Below are positions 9,115 to 19,600 of a DNA stretch of 64,000 nt, piece by piece. A program made the position numbers and the translations under genes. The notes under the pieces were generated by a model. It made no database searches and was not told the DNA's origin. It saw only the letters and a list, made by a program, of their open reading frames with translations. The stretch comes from an uncultured Verminephrobacter sp. GTDB taxonomy: Bacteria; Pseudomonadota; Gammaproteobacteria; Burkholderiales; Burkholderiaceae_C. Position 1 is the first letter of the stretch, and every line of letters starts with the position of its first letter. The stretch is from the NCBI GenBank assembly GCA_964466605.1, contig CAYXSL010000002.1:2871-66870 (forward strand), read 5' to 3'.

Positions 9115-12100
9115 ATGGCCCATAACGCACTGCTGGCTGGCGGACTGCTGCTCCTGATGGTGCTGGTGCTCGCGCACCTGCAACCGGCCGAAATCCTGAC
9201 CCCCTCCCGTCGCACGCAGGTGCTGGTCGGCACGACCGGCGGCGTGGTGTCGGCACTGGTGCTGGTGGTGCTGAACCTGAATGCGCCCGAGCTGGGGGTG
9301 GTGGCCTACCCCACGGCCACGGCGTTCATGACCCTGTATTTCGGGCCGATAGCGGCGGTGATCACAGCCGCCCTGGCGCTGCTGGCCATGGTCTGCAGCA
9401 AAGACGCGGTCTGGCTGGCGGGCCTGGCCACGCTGGCGGGGGCTGCGGCCCTGGGTGCGCTGTGGCGCAGGCTGGACACCCGCCCCGGCACCAACCCCTG
9501 GCTCGCCATTGCGGGCATGGCGGTCACCCTGCCGCCCGTGGTCTCCCTTTGCCTGGTGGCCACCGGCGGCGCCCCGGTGCCGGGTTCAGCCTTCGACTGG
9601 CTGCGGCAGCTGCCCTGGTACCACGGGGCAGGCATGCTGATCCTGGGCACGGGCCGGCAGCTGCTGGTGGGCAAGGCGCAGTCCCTGGTGGCGCTGAAGC
9701 AGGCCCATCGCACGCTGGAAGAGCGCGAGCAGCAGCTGCGCCTGGCCCTCGACTCGCTCGGTGGCGGGCACTGGGAATGGGATGTGCTGGAGCGCCGCTT
9801 TCGCTGCGACGGCCACTTCTATGAGGCCTATGGCATCACCCAGGCCGATGCCGATGCACCCGACCTGTGGGCGCGCTGGTATGCCCGACGCCACCCGGCT
9901 GACGCCGGGCGCAATGCAGCCAAGCTCACGCGTGCGATGGACGGACTGGAGGAGAGCTACGAGGCCGAATTCCGCGTACGCGACACGGAAGGCCGATGGC
10001 GCTGGCTGATGTCGCGCGGCACGGTGTCGCGCCGCGATGCCCAGGGCAAGCCCACAGCGATGATCGGCATGGACGTGGACATCACCGCCCACCGCGCAGC
10101 CGAGGACGCGCTGCGCTCGTCAGAAGCCAAATACACCACCTTCTACCAGACGCTGCCTGACCCGGCGGGCATCTCGCGCATCTCCGATGGCCGCTACGTG
10201 GACGTGAACCCGGCCTTTTGCGAGGTGCTGGGCCGCCCCCGAGAGGAAGTCATCGGCCGCACGTCCACCGAACTCAGCATCTGGGCCACCGAGCAGGAGC
10301 GCAAGCGGCTCATCGACACCTTTCGGCGCGACGGCAAGGTGGATCGCCTGCCACTGGTGGCGCAGAGCAACGGCGTGCGCATCCCGGGCCTGATGTCGGC
10401 ACGCTCCGTGCTAGTGGATGGCGAAAACTGCTTTGTTTTCGTTTTCCACGACATGACCGAAGCCCAACGCACCAGCGACGAACTTCGGGCGCTGTACAAC
10501 CAGCTGCAGCAGGCCGGCCGCCTGGCCCGCCTGGGCGCCTGGCAGGACGAGCGCGGCAAGGGGCTGATGTACTGGTCGGAGATGTGTTTTGACATCCATG
10601 GCCTGGACCCCAGCCAGCCCCCTCCCAGCGACTACATCGACCGCCATGTGGCCCCCGCCTACCGCGAGGCGCTGCGCGAAAAATTTCGCCAGAGCCTGCG
10701 CTCACGCACCGCGTGGAGCATGGAGATGGAGGTCCAACACGCCGACGGCCACCTGCTGTGGATACGCGCACGTGGCGAGCCCGTGATCGAAAATGGCCGG
10801 GTGGTGAGCGTGCGCGGCGTGATGCAGGACATCGACGAGGCCAAGCGCGCCGAGCAGCGCCTGCGCCAGTCCGAAGAGCGTTTCTCGCGCATCTTCCACC
10901 TCATGCCCTACCCCATGGGCCTGTCCCGGCGCAGCAACGGCCAGTATGTGGACATCAACCCCGCCTGGGTCGAGATGCTGGGCATCCCGCGCAACGAGGC
11001 GATTGGCCGCACAGGCATCGAGCTGGGCATCTTCACGGCCGAAGAACGCCAGCGGCTCATCAGCCAGATGGACGCCAGCGGCCAGGTCAGCGACCACGAA
11101 ATGACGCTGAACGTGCGCGGCGGCCCGCCCCGCACGGTGCTGCAGTCCATGCGCGCGACCGAATTCGATGGCGAACCCTGCTGGCTGTTCTCGGTGCACG
11201 ACATCACCGACCGCAAGCGCGAGGAAGAACAGGTGCGCGAGCGCGAGGAGCTGCTGTCACTCACCATCTCGGCCGCATCGCTGGGGCTGTGGGACTGGAA
11301 CCTGCAGACCGGCCTGGTCACCGGCGACAGCCGCTGGCGCGCCATGCGCGGCCTGGAGGCCTCCGGCCATACGCCTTTGTCGGTGCAGTGGGCCAACGCC
11401 GTCGCCGCCGACGACATCGAACGCATACACACCGAGCTGGCGCGCCACGCCACCAACCCGGGCACACCGTTTGACGCCACCTGGCGCGTCAACCAACCCG
11501 GCGAGGCCACCCGCTGGGTGCGCAACCTGGGCAAGATCGTGGGCTTTGACAGCCAGGGCAAACCGGTGCGCATGCTGGGCGTCGCCATTGATGTGACGCC
11601 CCAGCGCGAGCAGGAGGTCATGCTGCAGCGGCTGGCCCTGTTCGACGCCCTCACCGGCCTGCCCAACCGCGTGCTGCTGGCGCGCAAGCTGCACGAAAGC
11701 ATGGAGCTGGCCCGCCAGAACGGCACCCAGCTGGGCGTGGCCTACCTCGACCTGGATGGCTTCAAGCCCGTGAACGACCGCCTGGGCCACGGCGCGGGCG
11801 ACCGCCTGCTGGTGGTGGTGGCGGGCCGCCTCACGCGCGCGCTGCGGGGCCTGGACTGCGTGGCCCGCCTGGGCGGCGACGAGTTCGTGATCCTCATGCC
11901 AGGGCTGGGCTCGGTGGCCGACTGCGAACGCCTGCTCGAACGCGTGATGGAAAGCATCTCGGCCCCCTACACGCTGGATGCCGAACGGGTGCTTGTCACC
12001 GCCAGCATTGGCTACACCGTGTTCCCGCAGGACGACGCCGATGCCGACGGCCTGCTGCGCCATGCCGACCAGGCCATGTACGCCGCCAAACAGGCCGGAC

Positions 12101-12951
12101 GCAACCGTTTTCACCAGTTCGATGCGGAGCAGGAGCGTGCGGTGCAACTGCGCCGCGCCCATGGCCGCCACCTGCGCGATGCGCTGGCCGACGCCCAGTT
12201 CACCCTGTACCTGCAGCCCAAGGTGGACATGCGCAGCGGCACCGTCGTGGGTGCGGAAGTGCTCTCGCGCTGGCAACACCCCGAGCGGGGCTTGGTGCCG
12301 CCGGGCGAGTTCCTGCCGCTGCTGCAAGGCACCGAGCTGGAGATCGGTTTTGGCGAATGGGTGGCCGAGGCCGCACTCACGGTGCTGGAGCAGCTGCAGG
12401 ACCGGGGCCTGCCCATGCCGCTGAGCATCAACATCGCCGCCCAGCACCTGCAGCAGCCCGGCTTTGCCTCCTGGATGGCCCAATGCCTGGCGCGCCATCC
12501 CAAGGTGCCCACGCACCTGGTCGAGATCGAGATCACCGAAAGCGCCGCGCTGTACGACCTGTCGGCCGTGGCCGATACCCTCACCGAACTGCGTGCCATG
12601 GGTGTGACCGTCTCGCTGGACGACTTTGGCACCGGATACTCGTCACTCACCTACCTGCGCCGCCTGCCCATGGACACGCTCAAGATCGACCAGAGTTTTG
12701 TGCACGGCATGATGGGCGACCCCGGCGACCTGGCCATCGTGCAGGGCGTGATCGGTCTGGCCCGCTCCTTCGGCTACCGCGTGATCGCCGAAGGCGTGGA
12801 AACCGTGGAACAAGGCCAGATGCTGCTGCAACTGGGCTGCACCCAGGCCCAGGGCTACTGCATCGCCCGGCCGATGCCGCTGGACGACTTCATCGGCTGG
12901 ACGCCGGGCTGGCAGCCGCCTGCGGGGTGGCAGCGGAACCGGCCGGTGTAG
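9115..12951 (+). CDS. Membrane sensor with multiple PAS domains, GGDEF and EAL
   Basis: N-terminal TM helices, several PAS/PAC repeats, DALTGLPNR, DLDGFKPVND, RLGGDEF, AEVLSRW, DDFGTGYSSL, AEGVET. Confidence 0.92.
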   Translation: MAHNALLAGGLLLLMVLVLAHLQPAEILTPSRRTQVLVGTTGGVVSALVLVVLNLNAPELGVVAYPTATAFMTLYFGPIAAVITAALALLAMVCSKDAVWLAGLATLAGAAALGALWRRLDTRPGTNPWLAIAGMAVTLPPVVSLCLVATGGAPVPGSAFDWLRQLPWYHGAGMLILGTGRQLLVGKAQSLVALKQAHRTLEEREQQLRLALDSLGGGHWEWDVLERRFRCDGHFYEAYGITQADADAPDLWARWYARRHPADAGRNAAKLTRAMDGLEESYEAEFRVRDTEGRWRWLMSRGTVSRRDAQGKPTAMIGMDVDITAHRAAEDALRSSEAKYTTFYQTLPDPAGISRISDGRYVDVNPAFCEVLGRPREEVIGRTSTELSIWATEQERKRLIDTFRRDGKVDRLPLVAQSNGVRIPGLMSARSVLVDGENCFVFVFHDMTEAQRTSDELRALYNQLQQAGRLARLGAWQDERGKGLMYWSEMCFDIHGLDPSQPPPSDYIDRHVAPAYREALREKFRQSLRSRTAWSMEMEVQHADGHLLWIRARGEPVIENGRVVSVRGVMQDIDEAKRAEQRLRQSEERFSRIFHLMPYPMGLSRRSNGQYVDINPAWVEMLGIPRNEAIGRTGIELGIFTAEERQRLISQMDASGQVSDHEMTLNVRGGPPRTVLQSMRATEFDGEPCWLFSVHDITDRKREEEQVREREELLSLTISAASLGLWDWNLQTGLVTGDSRWRAMRGLEASGHTPLSVQWANAVAADDIERIHTELARHATNPGTPFDATWRVNQPGEATRWVRNLGKIVGFDSQGKPVRMLGVAIDVTPQREQEVMLQRLALFDALTGLPNRVLLARKLHESMELARQNGTQLGVAYLDLDGFKPVNDRLGHGAGDRLLVVVAGRLTRALRGLDCVARLGGDEFVILMPGLGSVADCERLLERVMESISAPYTLDAERVLVTASIGYTVFPQDDADADGLLRHADQAMYAAKQAGRNRFHQFDAEQERAVQLRRAHGRHLRDALADAQFTLYLQPKVDMRSGTVVGAEVLSRWQHPERGLVPPGEFLPLLQGTELEIGFGEWVAEAALTVLEQLQDRGLPMPLSINIAAQHLQQPGFASWMAQCLARHPKVPTHLVEIEITESAALYDLSAVADTLTELRAMGVTVSLDDFGTGYSSLTYLRRLPMDTLKIDQSFVHGMMGDPGDLAIVQGVIGLARSFGYRVIAEGVETVEQGQMLLQLGCTQAQGYCIARPMPLDDFIGWTPGWQPPAGWQRNRPV

Positions 12952-13145
12952 GGTGCGCAGGAGTGCGGGGGCCTCGTTCCGAACCATGAGCCGTAGCCCC
13001 CGCAAGGCGCACGGCGTGCTGCTGCCGTCTTTCCCCTAAGCGATGGGCCAGCTTCTGGCACTGCCGCTGGAGAGGTCGCAAAAACTGGACTCCATTGCGG
13101 GCGCAGCGCCCAGGCCTGCTCCGCTCGCGGGCCACCCCGGTTGAA

Positions 13146-15038
13146 CTAGCCCACCAGCTCCTTCACCTGCTGCAGCGCCGCCGGGTCTTCCATCGTCGTC
13201 AGATCGCCCGGATCGCGCCGCTCGGCCACGGCCTGCAGGGCGCGGCGCAGCAGTTTGCCGCTGCGGGTTTTGGGCAGCACCGTCACAAAGTACACGCGGG
13301 ATGGCCGGGCCACGGCGCCGAGCTGGCTGTCCACCTGCTTCATGACCTCGCCTTCGAGTTGGAGGCGCGCGGCGTCATCGGTGAGGCCTGAAGCATCGCG
13401 CGCCACGGCAAACGCCATGGCCACCTGGCCCTTCAAGCTGTCGGCCACGCCCACCACGGCCACTTCGGCGATGTTGGGGTGGGAGGCAATGCTCTCCTCG
13501 ATCTCGCGTGTGCCCAGGCGGTGGCCGGCCACGTTGATCACGTCGTCCGTGCGGCCCAAGATGAAGTGGTAGCCGTCGGCGTCGCGGATGCCCCAGTCAA
13601 ACGTGCTGTAGATCAGGCGGCCGGGAATGCTCTTCCAGTAGGTATTCACAAAACGCGCATCGTCGCGCCACACGGTCTGCATGCAGCCGGGGGGCAGCGG
13701 GCCTTCGACGGCGACCACGCCCTTCTGGTTGGCACCGGTCAGCTCTTCGCCCGTGGCCTCGTCGAGCAGCTTGACGTGGTAGCCATAGACCGCCTTGCCC
13801 GGGCTGCCCCAGCGCGCCGCGTTGGTCTCGATGCCGTTGGCCACCGCGAGGATGGGCCAGCCGGTTTCGGTTTGCCAGTAGTTGTCGATGATGGGGATGT
13901 TCAGCGCCGCGCCAATCCACCGTGCGGTCGGCTCGTCCACCGGCTCGCCCGCCAGCCACAGGGCCTTGAGGCTCTTCACGTTGTATTGGGTGAGGAAGGC
14001 CGGGTCCTGCTTTTTCAGCACCCGCACCGCCGTGGGGGCCGAGAACATGTGCGTGACCTGGTATTTCTCGACGATGCTCCACCACACCCCCGCGTCGGGC
14101 CGGATCGGCAGGCCCTCGTACAGGATGGTGGTCATGCCGGCCAGCAGCGGCCCGTAGATGATGTAGCTGTGCCCCACCACCCAGCCGATGTCGCTGGTGG
14201 CGAAGTACACCTCCCCGGGCTTGGCGTCGAAGATGTGCTTCATGCTGGCAGCGAGCGCCACGGCGTAGCCGCCGGTGTCGCGCTGCACGCCCTTGGGCTT
14301 ACCCGTGGTGCCGCTGGTGTACAGGGTGTAGCTGGGGTGCGTGGAGTCCACCCACTCGCAGGGCACCACAGTATTCAGGTGCTGCTCGCGCAGTGGCGCC
14401 CAGTCGTGGTCGCGGCCCGGCTGCAGGTGCATGGGGGCCAGGCCCCGGTTAATCATCAGCACGGCGGCAGGTTTGTGCTTGGAGAGCGCAATGGCTTCGT
14501 CCAGCAGTGGCTTGTAGGGCACCACCTTGCCGCCGCGCGAGCCAGCATCGGCGCTGACCACAGCCACGGGCTCCGAGTCTTCGATGCGCGAGGCCAGCGA
14601 GCCTGACGCAAAACCGCCAAACACCACCGAATGCAGCGCGCCAATGCGCACGCAGGCCAGCATGGCAAAGGCGGCCTCGGCAATCATGGGCATGTAGATG
14701 AGCACACGGTCGCCCTTCTTCACGCCCAGTGACAACAGCACGGCCGCCATGCGCTGCACCTCGGCATGCAGTTCGGCAAAGCTGTAGCTGCGCTCGGTGT
14801 CGGTTTCGGTGGAGATCGCCACCAGCGCCGCCTGGCTGGCGCGTGTGGCCAGGTGCCGGTCTACGGCGTTGTGGCACAGATTGGTGGTGCCACCCACAAA
14901 CCATTTGGCAAACGGCGGATTGCTGTAGTCGCACACCTGCTGGGGCGGGATCTTCCAGTCAATCAGCTGGGCCTGTTCGCTCCAGAAAGCATCGCGGTGG
15001 TCAATGGACTGGCGGTAGAAATCAGCGTATGCGGTCAT
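13146..15038 (-). CDS. prpE: Propionate--CoA ligase
   Basis: YTSGTTGKPKG, DNYWQTETG, GRTDDVINVAGHRLG, PKTRSGK; N-terminus YADFYRQSI..RDAFWSEQA is PrpE-like. Confidence 0.85.
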   Translation of the reverse strand: MTAYADFYRQSIDHRDAFWSEQAQLIDWKIPPQQVCDYSNPPFAKWFVGGTTNLCHNAVDRHLATRASQAALVAISTETDTERSYSFAELHAEVQRMAAVLLSLGVKKGDRVLIYMPMIAEAAFAMLACVRIGALHSVVFGGFASGSLASRIEDSEPVAVVSADAGSRGGKVVPYKPLLDEAIALSKHKPAAVLMINRGLAPMHLQPGRDHDWAPLREQHLNTVVPCEWVDSTHPSYTLYTSGTTGKPKGVQRDTGGYAVALAASMKHIFDAKPGEVYFATSDIGWVVGHSYIIYGPLLAGMTTILYEGLPIRPDAGVWWSIVEKYQVTHMFSAPTAVRVLKKQDPAFLTQYNVKSLKALWLAGEPVDEPTARWIGAALNIPIIDNYWQTETGWPILAVANGIETNAARWGSPGKAVYGYHVKLLDEATGEELTGANQKGVVAVEGPLPPGCMQTVWRDDARFVNTYWKSIPGRLIYSTFDWGIRDADGYHFILGRTDDVINVAGHRLGTREIEESIASHPNIAEVAVVGVADSLKGQVAMAFAVARDASGLTDDAARLQLEGEVMKQVDSQLGAVARPSRVYFVTVLPKTRSGKLLRRALQAVAERRDPGDLTTMEDPAALQQVKELVG

Positions 15039-15335
15039 TGTGGGTGTCTCCTCGGCATCTCTCTCGCCCTGCCAGGACAGCAGGTTTTGAATTCATAATT
15101 ATTCATGACGGGCTTTCGGCAAACTGACGCAAAGCGCTTCAGCAGCTTCTCTCGCCATGGGGATGGATGGAATCTTCGGGCTTCTCCCCCGGCACCAAGC
15201 ACCCCACAGCGGTCCTGCGTTCGATCCGTGGGTTGAGGCCACAGCGCTCTGCCTGTATTCCCTCTTCTGTGCTGGTATGTAAGCCGCTCCGTGACGCGTC
15301 AGCAACGGAATACGGTTCGACTGCGTTACACCAAA

Positions 15336-15351
15336 AATAGAAATATCTATT
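15336..15351. promoter_or_regulatory. AT-rich inverted repeat upstream of chrB (candidate operator)
   Basis: AATAGA-AATA-TCTATT, ending 30 nt before the chrB ATG. Confidence 0.45.
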
Positions 15352-15380
15352 TCATAAAACAATTCATATACTTCACAGCC

Positions 15381-16349
15381 ATGTGGTCCACCCTCATCAT
15401 GACGCTGCCCACGCAGCCCAACGCCGTGCGGCTGCGCGTGTGGCGCAATCTCAAGGCACTCGGGTGCGCCGCCCTGCGCGATGGCGCCTACCTGCTGCCC
15501 GAAGAACATGCAGGCCTGCTGGCGCCGATTGCGGCCGAGGTGCGGGAGCATGGCGGCACGGCCATGGTGCTCACCCTGACAGCCAAAGACAACACGCAGC
15601 GCCAGGAGATCGAGGCACTGTTCGACCGCACCGAGGCCTTTACCCAGTGGCGCGACACGGCCACCGCCCTGCAGGCCGAACTGCCGCAGCTCACCGAAAC
15701 AGACGCGCGCCGCCGCCTGCGCAGCATTGCCGACGCGCTGCAGGCGCTGCACCGCACCGATTACTACCCGAGCAGCGCGGCAGCGCAGGCCGATGCCGAC
15801 CTGGCCAGCCTGCGACAGGCACTGGACGCCTGCTTCTCGCGCGGGGAGCCCGCCGCCCTGCCCGCCCATGGCATCCCGCGCCTGGACGCCGCCCAGTTCC
15901 AGCACCAGCGCTGGGCCACCCGTGCCCGGCCCTGGGTGGACCGCCTGGCCTGCGCCTGGCTGATCCGCCGCTTCATCGACCCGGGCGCGCGGTGGGTGTG
16001 GCTGGCCGACCCGGCCTCAGCGCCTGCCGATGTGCTGGGTTTTGACTTTGACGGCGCCCGGTTCACCCATGTGGGCGCCTTGGTGACCTTCGAGGTGCTG
16101 ATCGCCAGCTTCGGGCTTGAAGCCGACCCCCGGCTGCAGCGCCTGGCCCGTGCCGTGCACTACCTGGACGCAGGCGGCATGCCGGTGCCCGAGGCCGCCG
16201 GGCTGGAGGCCGTGCTGGCCGGCCTGCGTGAAGTGCATGCCGACGACGACGCCCTCACCCAGGCCGCCGCGCAGGTGTTTGACGCCTTGTATGCCGTGCC
16301 GCCGTCGTCCCCAAACCACCCATCCACTGTGCCCAGCACCGCCCCATGA
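15381..16349 (+). CDS. chrB: Chromate-responsive regulator ChrB
   Basis: MWSTLIMTLPTQPNAVRLRVWRNLKALGCAALRDGAYLLP (ChrB_N); WATRARPWVDRLACAWLIRRFIDP and FDFDGARFTH (ChrB_C). Confidence 0.9.
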   Translation: MWSTLIMTLPTQPNAVRLRVWRNLKALGCAALRDGAYLLPEEHAGLLAPIAAEVREHGGTAMVLTLTAKDNTQRQEIEALFDRTEAFTQWRDTATALQAELPQLTETDARRRLRSIADALQALHRTDYYPSSAAAQADADLASLRQALDACFSRGEPAALPAHGIPRLDAAQFQHQRWATRARPWVDRLACAWLIRRFIDPGARWVWLADPASAPADVLGFDFDGARFTHVGALVTFEVLIASFGLEADPRLQRLARAVHYLDAGGMPVPEAAGLEAVLAGLREVHADDDALTQAAAQVFDALYAVPPSSPNHPSTVPSTAP

Positions 16350-17722
16350 CCACCCACATTCCTTCTGCCGACGCCCCTGCCGCGCTGGAGCGCCCGGCTC
16401 CAGCAACCTTTGGTGCGGCCTTCCTGTTCTGGCTCAAGCTGGGTTTCATCAGCTTTGGCGGCCCGGCGGGCCAGATCGCGATCATGCACACCGAGCTGGT
16501 GGAGCGCCGCCGCTGGATCAGCGAAAAGCGCTTTCTGCATGCCCTCAACTACTGCATGCTGCTGCCCGGGCCCGAGGCGCAGCAACTGGCTACCTATATC
16601 GGCTGGCTCATGCACCGCACCTGGGGCGGGATCGTGGCAGGCGCGCTGTTTGTGCTGCCCTCGCTGTTCATCCTGATCGGGCTGTCGTGGGTGTACCTCA
16701 GGTTCGGCGATGTGCCGGTGGTGGCGGGCATCTTCTACGGCATCAAGCCTGCCGTGACGGCGCTGGTGCTGCACGCGGCACATCGCATCGGCACCCGCGC
16801 GCTCAAGAACGGCTGGATGTGGGGCATTGCCGCCGCATCGTTTGTGGCCATCTTTGCGCTCAACACGCCCTTCCCGGCCATCGTGCTTGCGGCAGGCCTC
16901 ATCGGCTACTTTGGCGCACAGCGCTGGCCCGGGGTGTTCGCCCTGGGGGGCGGCCATGCCAACGGGCACGCGGGCTACGGCCCGGCGCTGATTGATGACG
17001 ACACCCCCACACCCGCCCACGCGCGCTTCTCGCGCAGCCACCTGGCCAAGGTGCTGGCGGCGGGGTTGGCGCTGTGGCTGGGCGCCATGGGCATGCTGGT
17101 GGCTACGCAGGGCTGGCAAGGCACGCTCACGCAGATGGGCTGGTTCTTTACCAAGGCGGCGCTGCTGACCTTTGGCGGGGCCTATGCCGTGCTGCCCTAC
17201 GTGTACCAGGGCGCGGTGGAGCAGTACCAGTGGCTCAGCGGCCCGCAAATGATCGATGGCCTGGCGCTGGGCGAGACCACCCCCGGGCCGCTGATCATGG
17301 TGGTGGCCTTCGTCGGTTTTGTTGGCGGCTGGCTGCAGCAGGTGTGGGGGCCCGATGCGCTGTTGGCGGGCGCCGCCGCTGCAGCCACCGTGGTGACCTT
17401 CGTCACCTTCCTGCCCTCGTTCATCTTCATCCTGGCGGGCGGCCCGCTGGTGGAAGCCACCCACGGCAAGCTCGGCTTCACGGCCCCGCTGTCGGCCATC
17501 ACCGCCGCCGTGGTGGGCGTGATCCTGAACCTGGCGCTGTTTTTTGCCTACCACCTGCTCTGGCCCCAGGGCTTTGGCGGCGCCTTCGATGCCCTGTCGG
17601 CCGTGATCGCCGTGGGCGCACTGGTGGCGCTGTTTCGCTTCAAGCTGGGGGTGATGCCGCTGCTGGGCCTGTGCGCGGCCGTGGGGCTGGCAGTGACCTT
17701 CCTCAAACCCTGGCTGGCCTGA
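16346..17722 (+). CDS. chrA: Long-chain chromate efflux transporter
   Basis: LKLGFISFGGPAGQ, LPGPEAQQ, TFGGAYAVL, ETTPGPLIM; duplicated CHR domains. Confidence 0.95.
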   Translation: MTTHIPSADAPAALERPAPATFGAAFLFWLKLGFISFGGPAGQIAIMHTELVERRRWISEKRFLHALNYCMLLPGPEAQQLATYIGWLMHRTWGGIVAGALFVLPSLFILIGLSWVYLRFGDVPVVAGIFYGIKPAVTALVLHAAHRIGTRALKNGWMWGIAAASFVAIFALNTPFPAIVLAAGLIGYFGAQRWPGVFALGGGHANGHAGYGPALIDDDTPTPAHARFSRSHLAKVLAAGLALWLGAMGMLVATQGWQGTLTQMGWFFTKAALLTFGGAYAVLPYVYQGAVEQYQWLSGPQMIDGLALGETTPGPLIMVVAFVGFVGGWLQQVWGPDALLAGAAAAATVVTFVTFLPSFIFILAGGPLVEATHGKLGFTAPLSAITAAVVGVILNLALFFAYHLLWPQGFGGAFDALSAVIAVGALVALFRFKLGVMPLLGLCAAVGLAVTFLKPWLA

Positions 17723-17763
17723 ACTGCCATCTCACCCATCCAACACCTCCCTGGAGCCCAGCC

Positions 17764-18696
17764 ATGCAAGCACGCCCCCAAGCCCTTCCTTTTGATCCGG
17801 CCACGCTGCCGGGCCTGTCTGAAAAGCTGCTGCGCAGCCACCACCAGAACAACTATGGCGGCGCGGTAGCGCGGCTCAACGCCATCCGTGGGCAGTTGGC
17901 TGAACTGGCCTTTGCCTCGGCACCGGGCTTTGCGCTCAATGGCCTCAAGCGCGAGGAGCTGATTGCCAGCAATTCGATGCTGCTGCACGAGCTGTATTTT
18001 GGCAGCCTGGGCGGCGGGGGCGCCGCCCCCTCACCTGCGATGCAGCTGGCGCTGGCGGCCAGTTTTGGCAGCGTGGAGCGCTGGCGCGAGGAGTTCGTCG
18101 CCATGGGCAAGGCGCTGGGCGGCGGCTCGGGCTGGGTGCTGCTGGTGTTCCAGCCGCGCGAGGGCACGCTCGTCAACCAGTGGGCCAGTGACCACACCCA
18201 GGTGGCGGCGGGAGGTGTGCCCATCCTCGCGCTGGACATGTACGAGCATGCCTACCACCTCGACCACGGTGCAGCAGCGGGTGCCTATGTGGATGCGTTC
18301 ATGGCAAACATCCACTGGGCCGCCGTCTACGAGCGTTACCAGCACGCGGTCCATGCCGCGAGCGAAGGGCTGCAAGCGTCAGTTCAGGACGCGCAAGCGG
18401 CGGCGCAACTGATTGATGTGCGCCGCGCCGGCGTGTACGCGGCGGCCACCACCGCCATCCCCAACGCCCGCTGGCGCGACCCTGCCGCCATCGACACATG
18501 GGCCCCGGAGCTGTCTGCCACCGAAGACGTGGTGGTGTATTGCGTCTATGGCCACGAAGTCGGCCGCTCGACCGCGCTGCGCTTGCGCGCGGCGGGCTTC
18601 AATGCGCGCTTTCTACAAGGGGGCATAGACGGCTGGGCCGCCTCCGGCAACGTGGTGTGCGCAAAGCCAAAGGCAGAGGCGCTGCGGGCGGGGTGA
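17764..18696 (+). CDS. chrC: Fe/Mn superoxide dismutase (ChrC-like) fused to a rhodanese domain (ChrE-like)
   Basis: SOD ligand motifs HHQNNY, LLHELYF, LDMYEHAY; C-terminal IDVRR...VVYCVYGHEVG...LQGGIDGW rhodanese. Confidence 0.85.
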   Translation: MQARPQALPFDPATLPGLSEKLLRSHHQNNYGGAVARLNAIRGQLAELAFASAPGFALNGLKREELIASNSMLLHELYFGSLGGGGAAPSPAMQLALAASFGSVERWREEFVAMGKALGGGSGWVLLVFQPREGTLVNQWASDHTQVAAGGVPILALDMYEHAYHLDHGAAAGAYVDAFMANIHWAAVYERYQHAVHAASEGLQASVQDAQAAAQLIDVRRAGVYAAATTAIPNARWRDPAAIDTWAPELSATEDVVVYCVYGHEVGRSTALRLRAAGFNARFLQGGIDGWAASGNVVCAKPKAEALRAG

Positions 18697-18771
18697 ATCG
18701 CAGGAGGCGATGAACCACGACGCAGGTGGGGCTTCAGCGACTCGTGTCCCGCACCGCCTCTCGGTTGATTA

Positions 18772-18836
18772 ACTATCATTTTGATAGCTATCAGCGCTTG
18801 ATGGGCGGGCGGAAGAGGCCTAATAAGCCCAAATTT
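18772..18836 (+). repeat. Dispersed ~65-bp repeat, copy b
   Basis: ACTATCATTTTGATAGC core + TATCAGCGCTTGATGGGCGGGCGGAAGAGGCC, between convergent genes. Confidence 0.8.
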
Positions 18837-19439
18837 TTACTTGATCAGGCCGAGCACATCCTTGAACGCCGGGTGTTCGCAGCTACCCAGCCATTCAAAC
18901 GCCACCATCTCGGTGGTCACCAGCTCGGCGCCCGCACCGGCCAGGCGGTCAAAGGCGGCGTCCCGGTTGCGTTCGGTGCGCGAGCCGCAGGCATCGGTCA
19001 CCACCCACACCTCAAACTCGTCGTCGATCAGGTCCAGCGCGGTTTGCAGCAGGCAGACATGGGCTTCGCAGCCTGCGATGACGATGGTCCCGCGCTCGGG
19101 TGCCTGCTGGGCGGGCTTTTGCAGGTGTTTGGGCAGGCTGCGTGCGTTGCCGCCCTGCGGCTTGGCGGGGGGGCGCAGCCACTCGCCCAGGCCTTCCTCG
19201 GCAGCGCTGAAGTGCATCTTGGCCAAGGTTTTTTGGCACAGGGCGCGCAGCGCTGCGTCATTGGCGCCCAGGCGCGAGGGGTTTTGTTCGGTGCCCCACA
19301 CAGGCACGTCCAGCATGCGGGCGATCTCGGCCAGGCGGCGGGCGTTGGCCAGCACGGCGGGCGCCTCAAAGATGGCGGGCATCAGGCGCTCCTGGTAATC
19401 GACCAGGACAAGTTGGGATTCGGCGGCGTCAAGCAGCAT
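18837..19439 (-). CDS. Isochorismatase-family (YcaC-like) cysteine hydrolase
   Basis: LVLVDYQERLMPAI, TEQNPSRLG, KMHFSA, IAGCEAHVCLLQT. Confidence 0.88.
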   Translation of the reverse strand: MLLDAAESQLVLVDYQERLMPAIFEAPAVLANARRLAEIARMLDVPVWGTEQNPSRLGANDAALRALCQKTLAKMHFSAAEEGLGEWLRPPAKPQGGNARSLPKHLQKPAQQAPERGTIVIAGCEAHVCLLQTALDLIDDEFEVWVVTDACGSRTERNRDAAFDRLAGAGAELVTTEMVAFEWLGSCEHPAFKDVLGLIK

Positions 19440-19600
19440 GGTGTGTTCGATCGTGTGTATGTTCGGGGGGGCGCCCGCCGGAGTCGCGGGCGCAAAGAAT
19501 GGCGCATTGTCGCAGCCCTGCGGACGGCGCCGGTGCGGATGACACAACCCAGCGCAGCGGCGCTGAACAGATGCAGCGCGTCAAACCAGGCCCCCTGCCC

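Noticed and set aside
12964-13004. 9-bp inverted repeat (TGCGGGGGC/GCCCCCGCA) between convergent genes, as a possible MITE
   Set aside because: Single copy in the window, no target-site duplication; probably terminator-like structure.
15118-15135. GGCAAAC-T-GACGCAAAGC resembling the c-di-GMP-I (GEMM) riboswitch
   Set aside because: The required GNRA-capped hairpin between the two motifs is missing, and it lies antisense to prpE.
15174-15242. tRNA-like T-arm (CTGCG-TTCGATC-CGTGG) upstream of the chromate operon, as a possible integration scar
   Set aside because: No D or anticodon arm, wrong spacing to an acceptor stem, no matching att copy or integrase.
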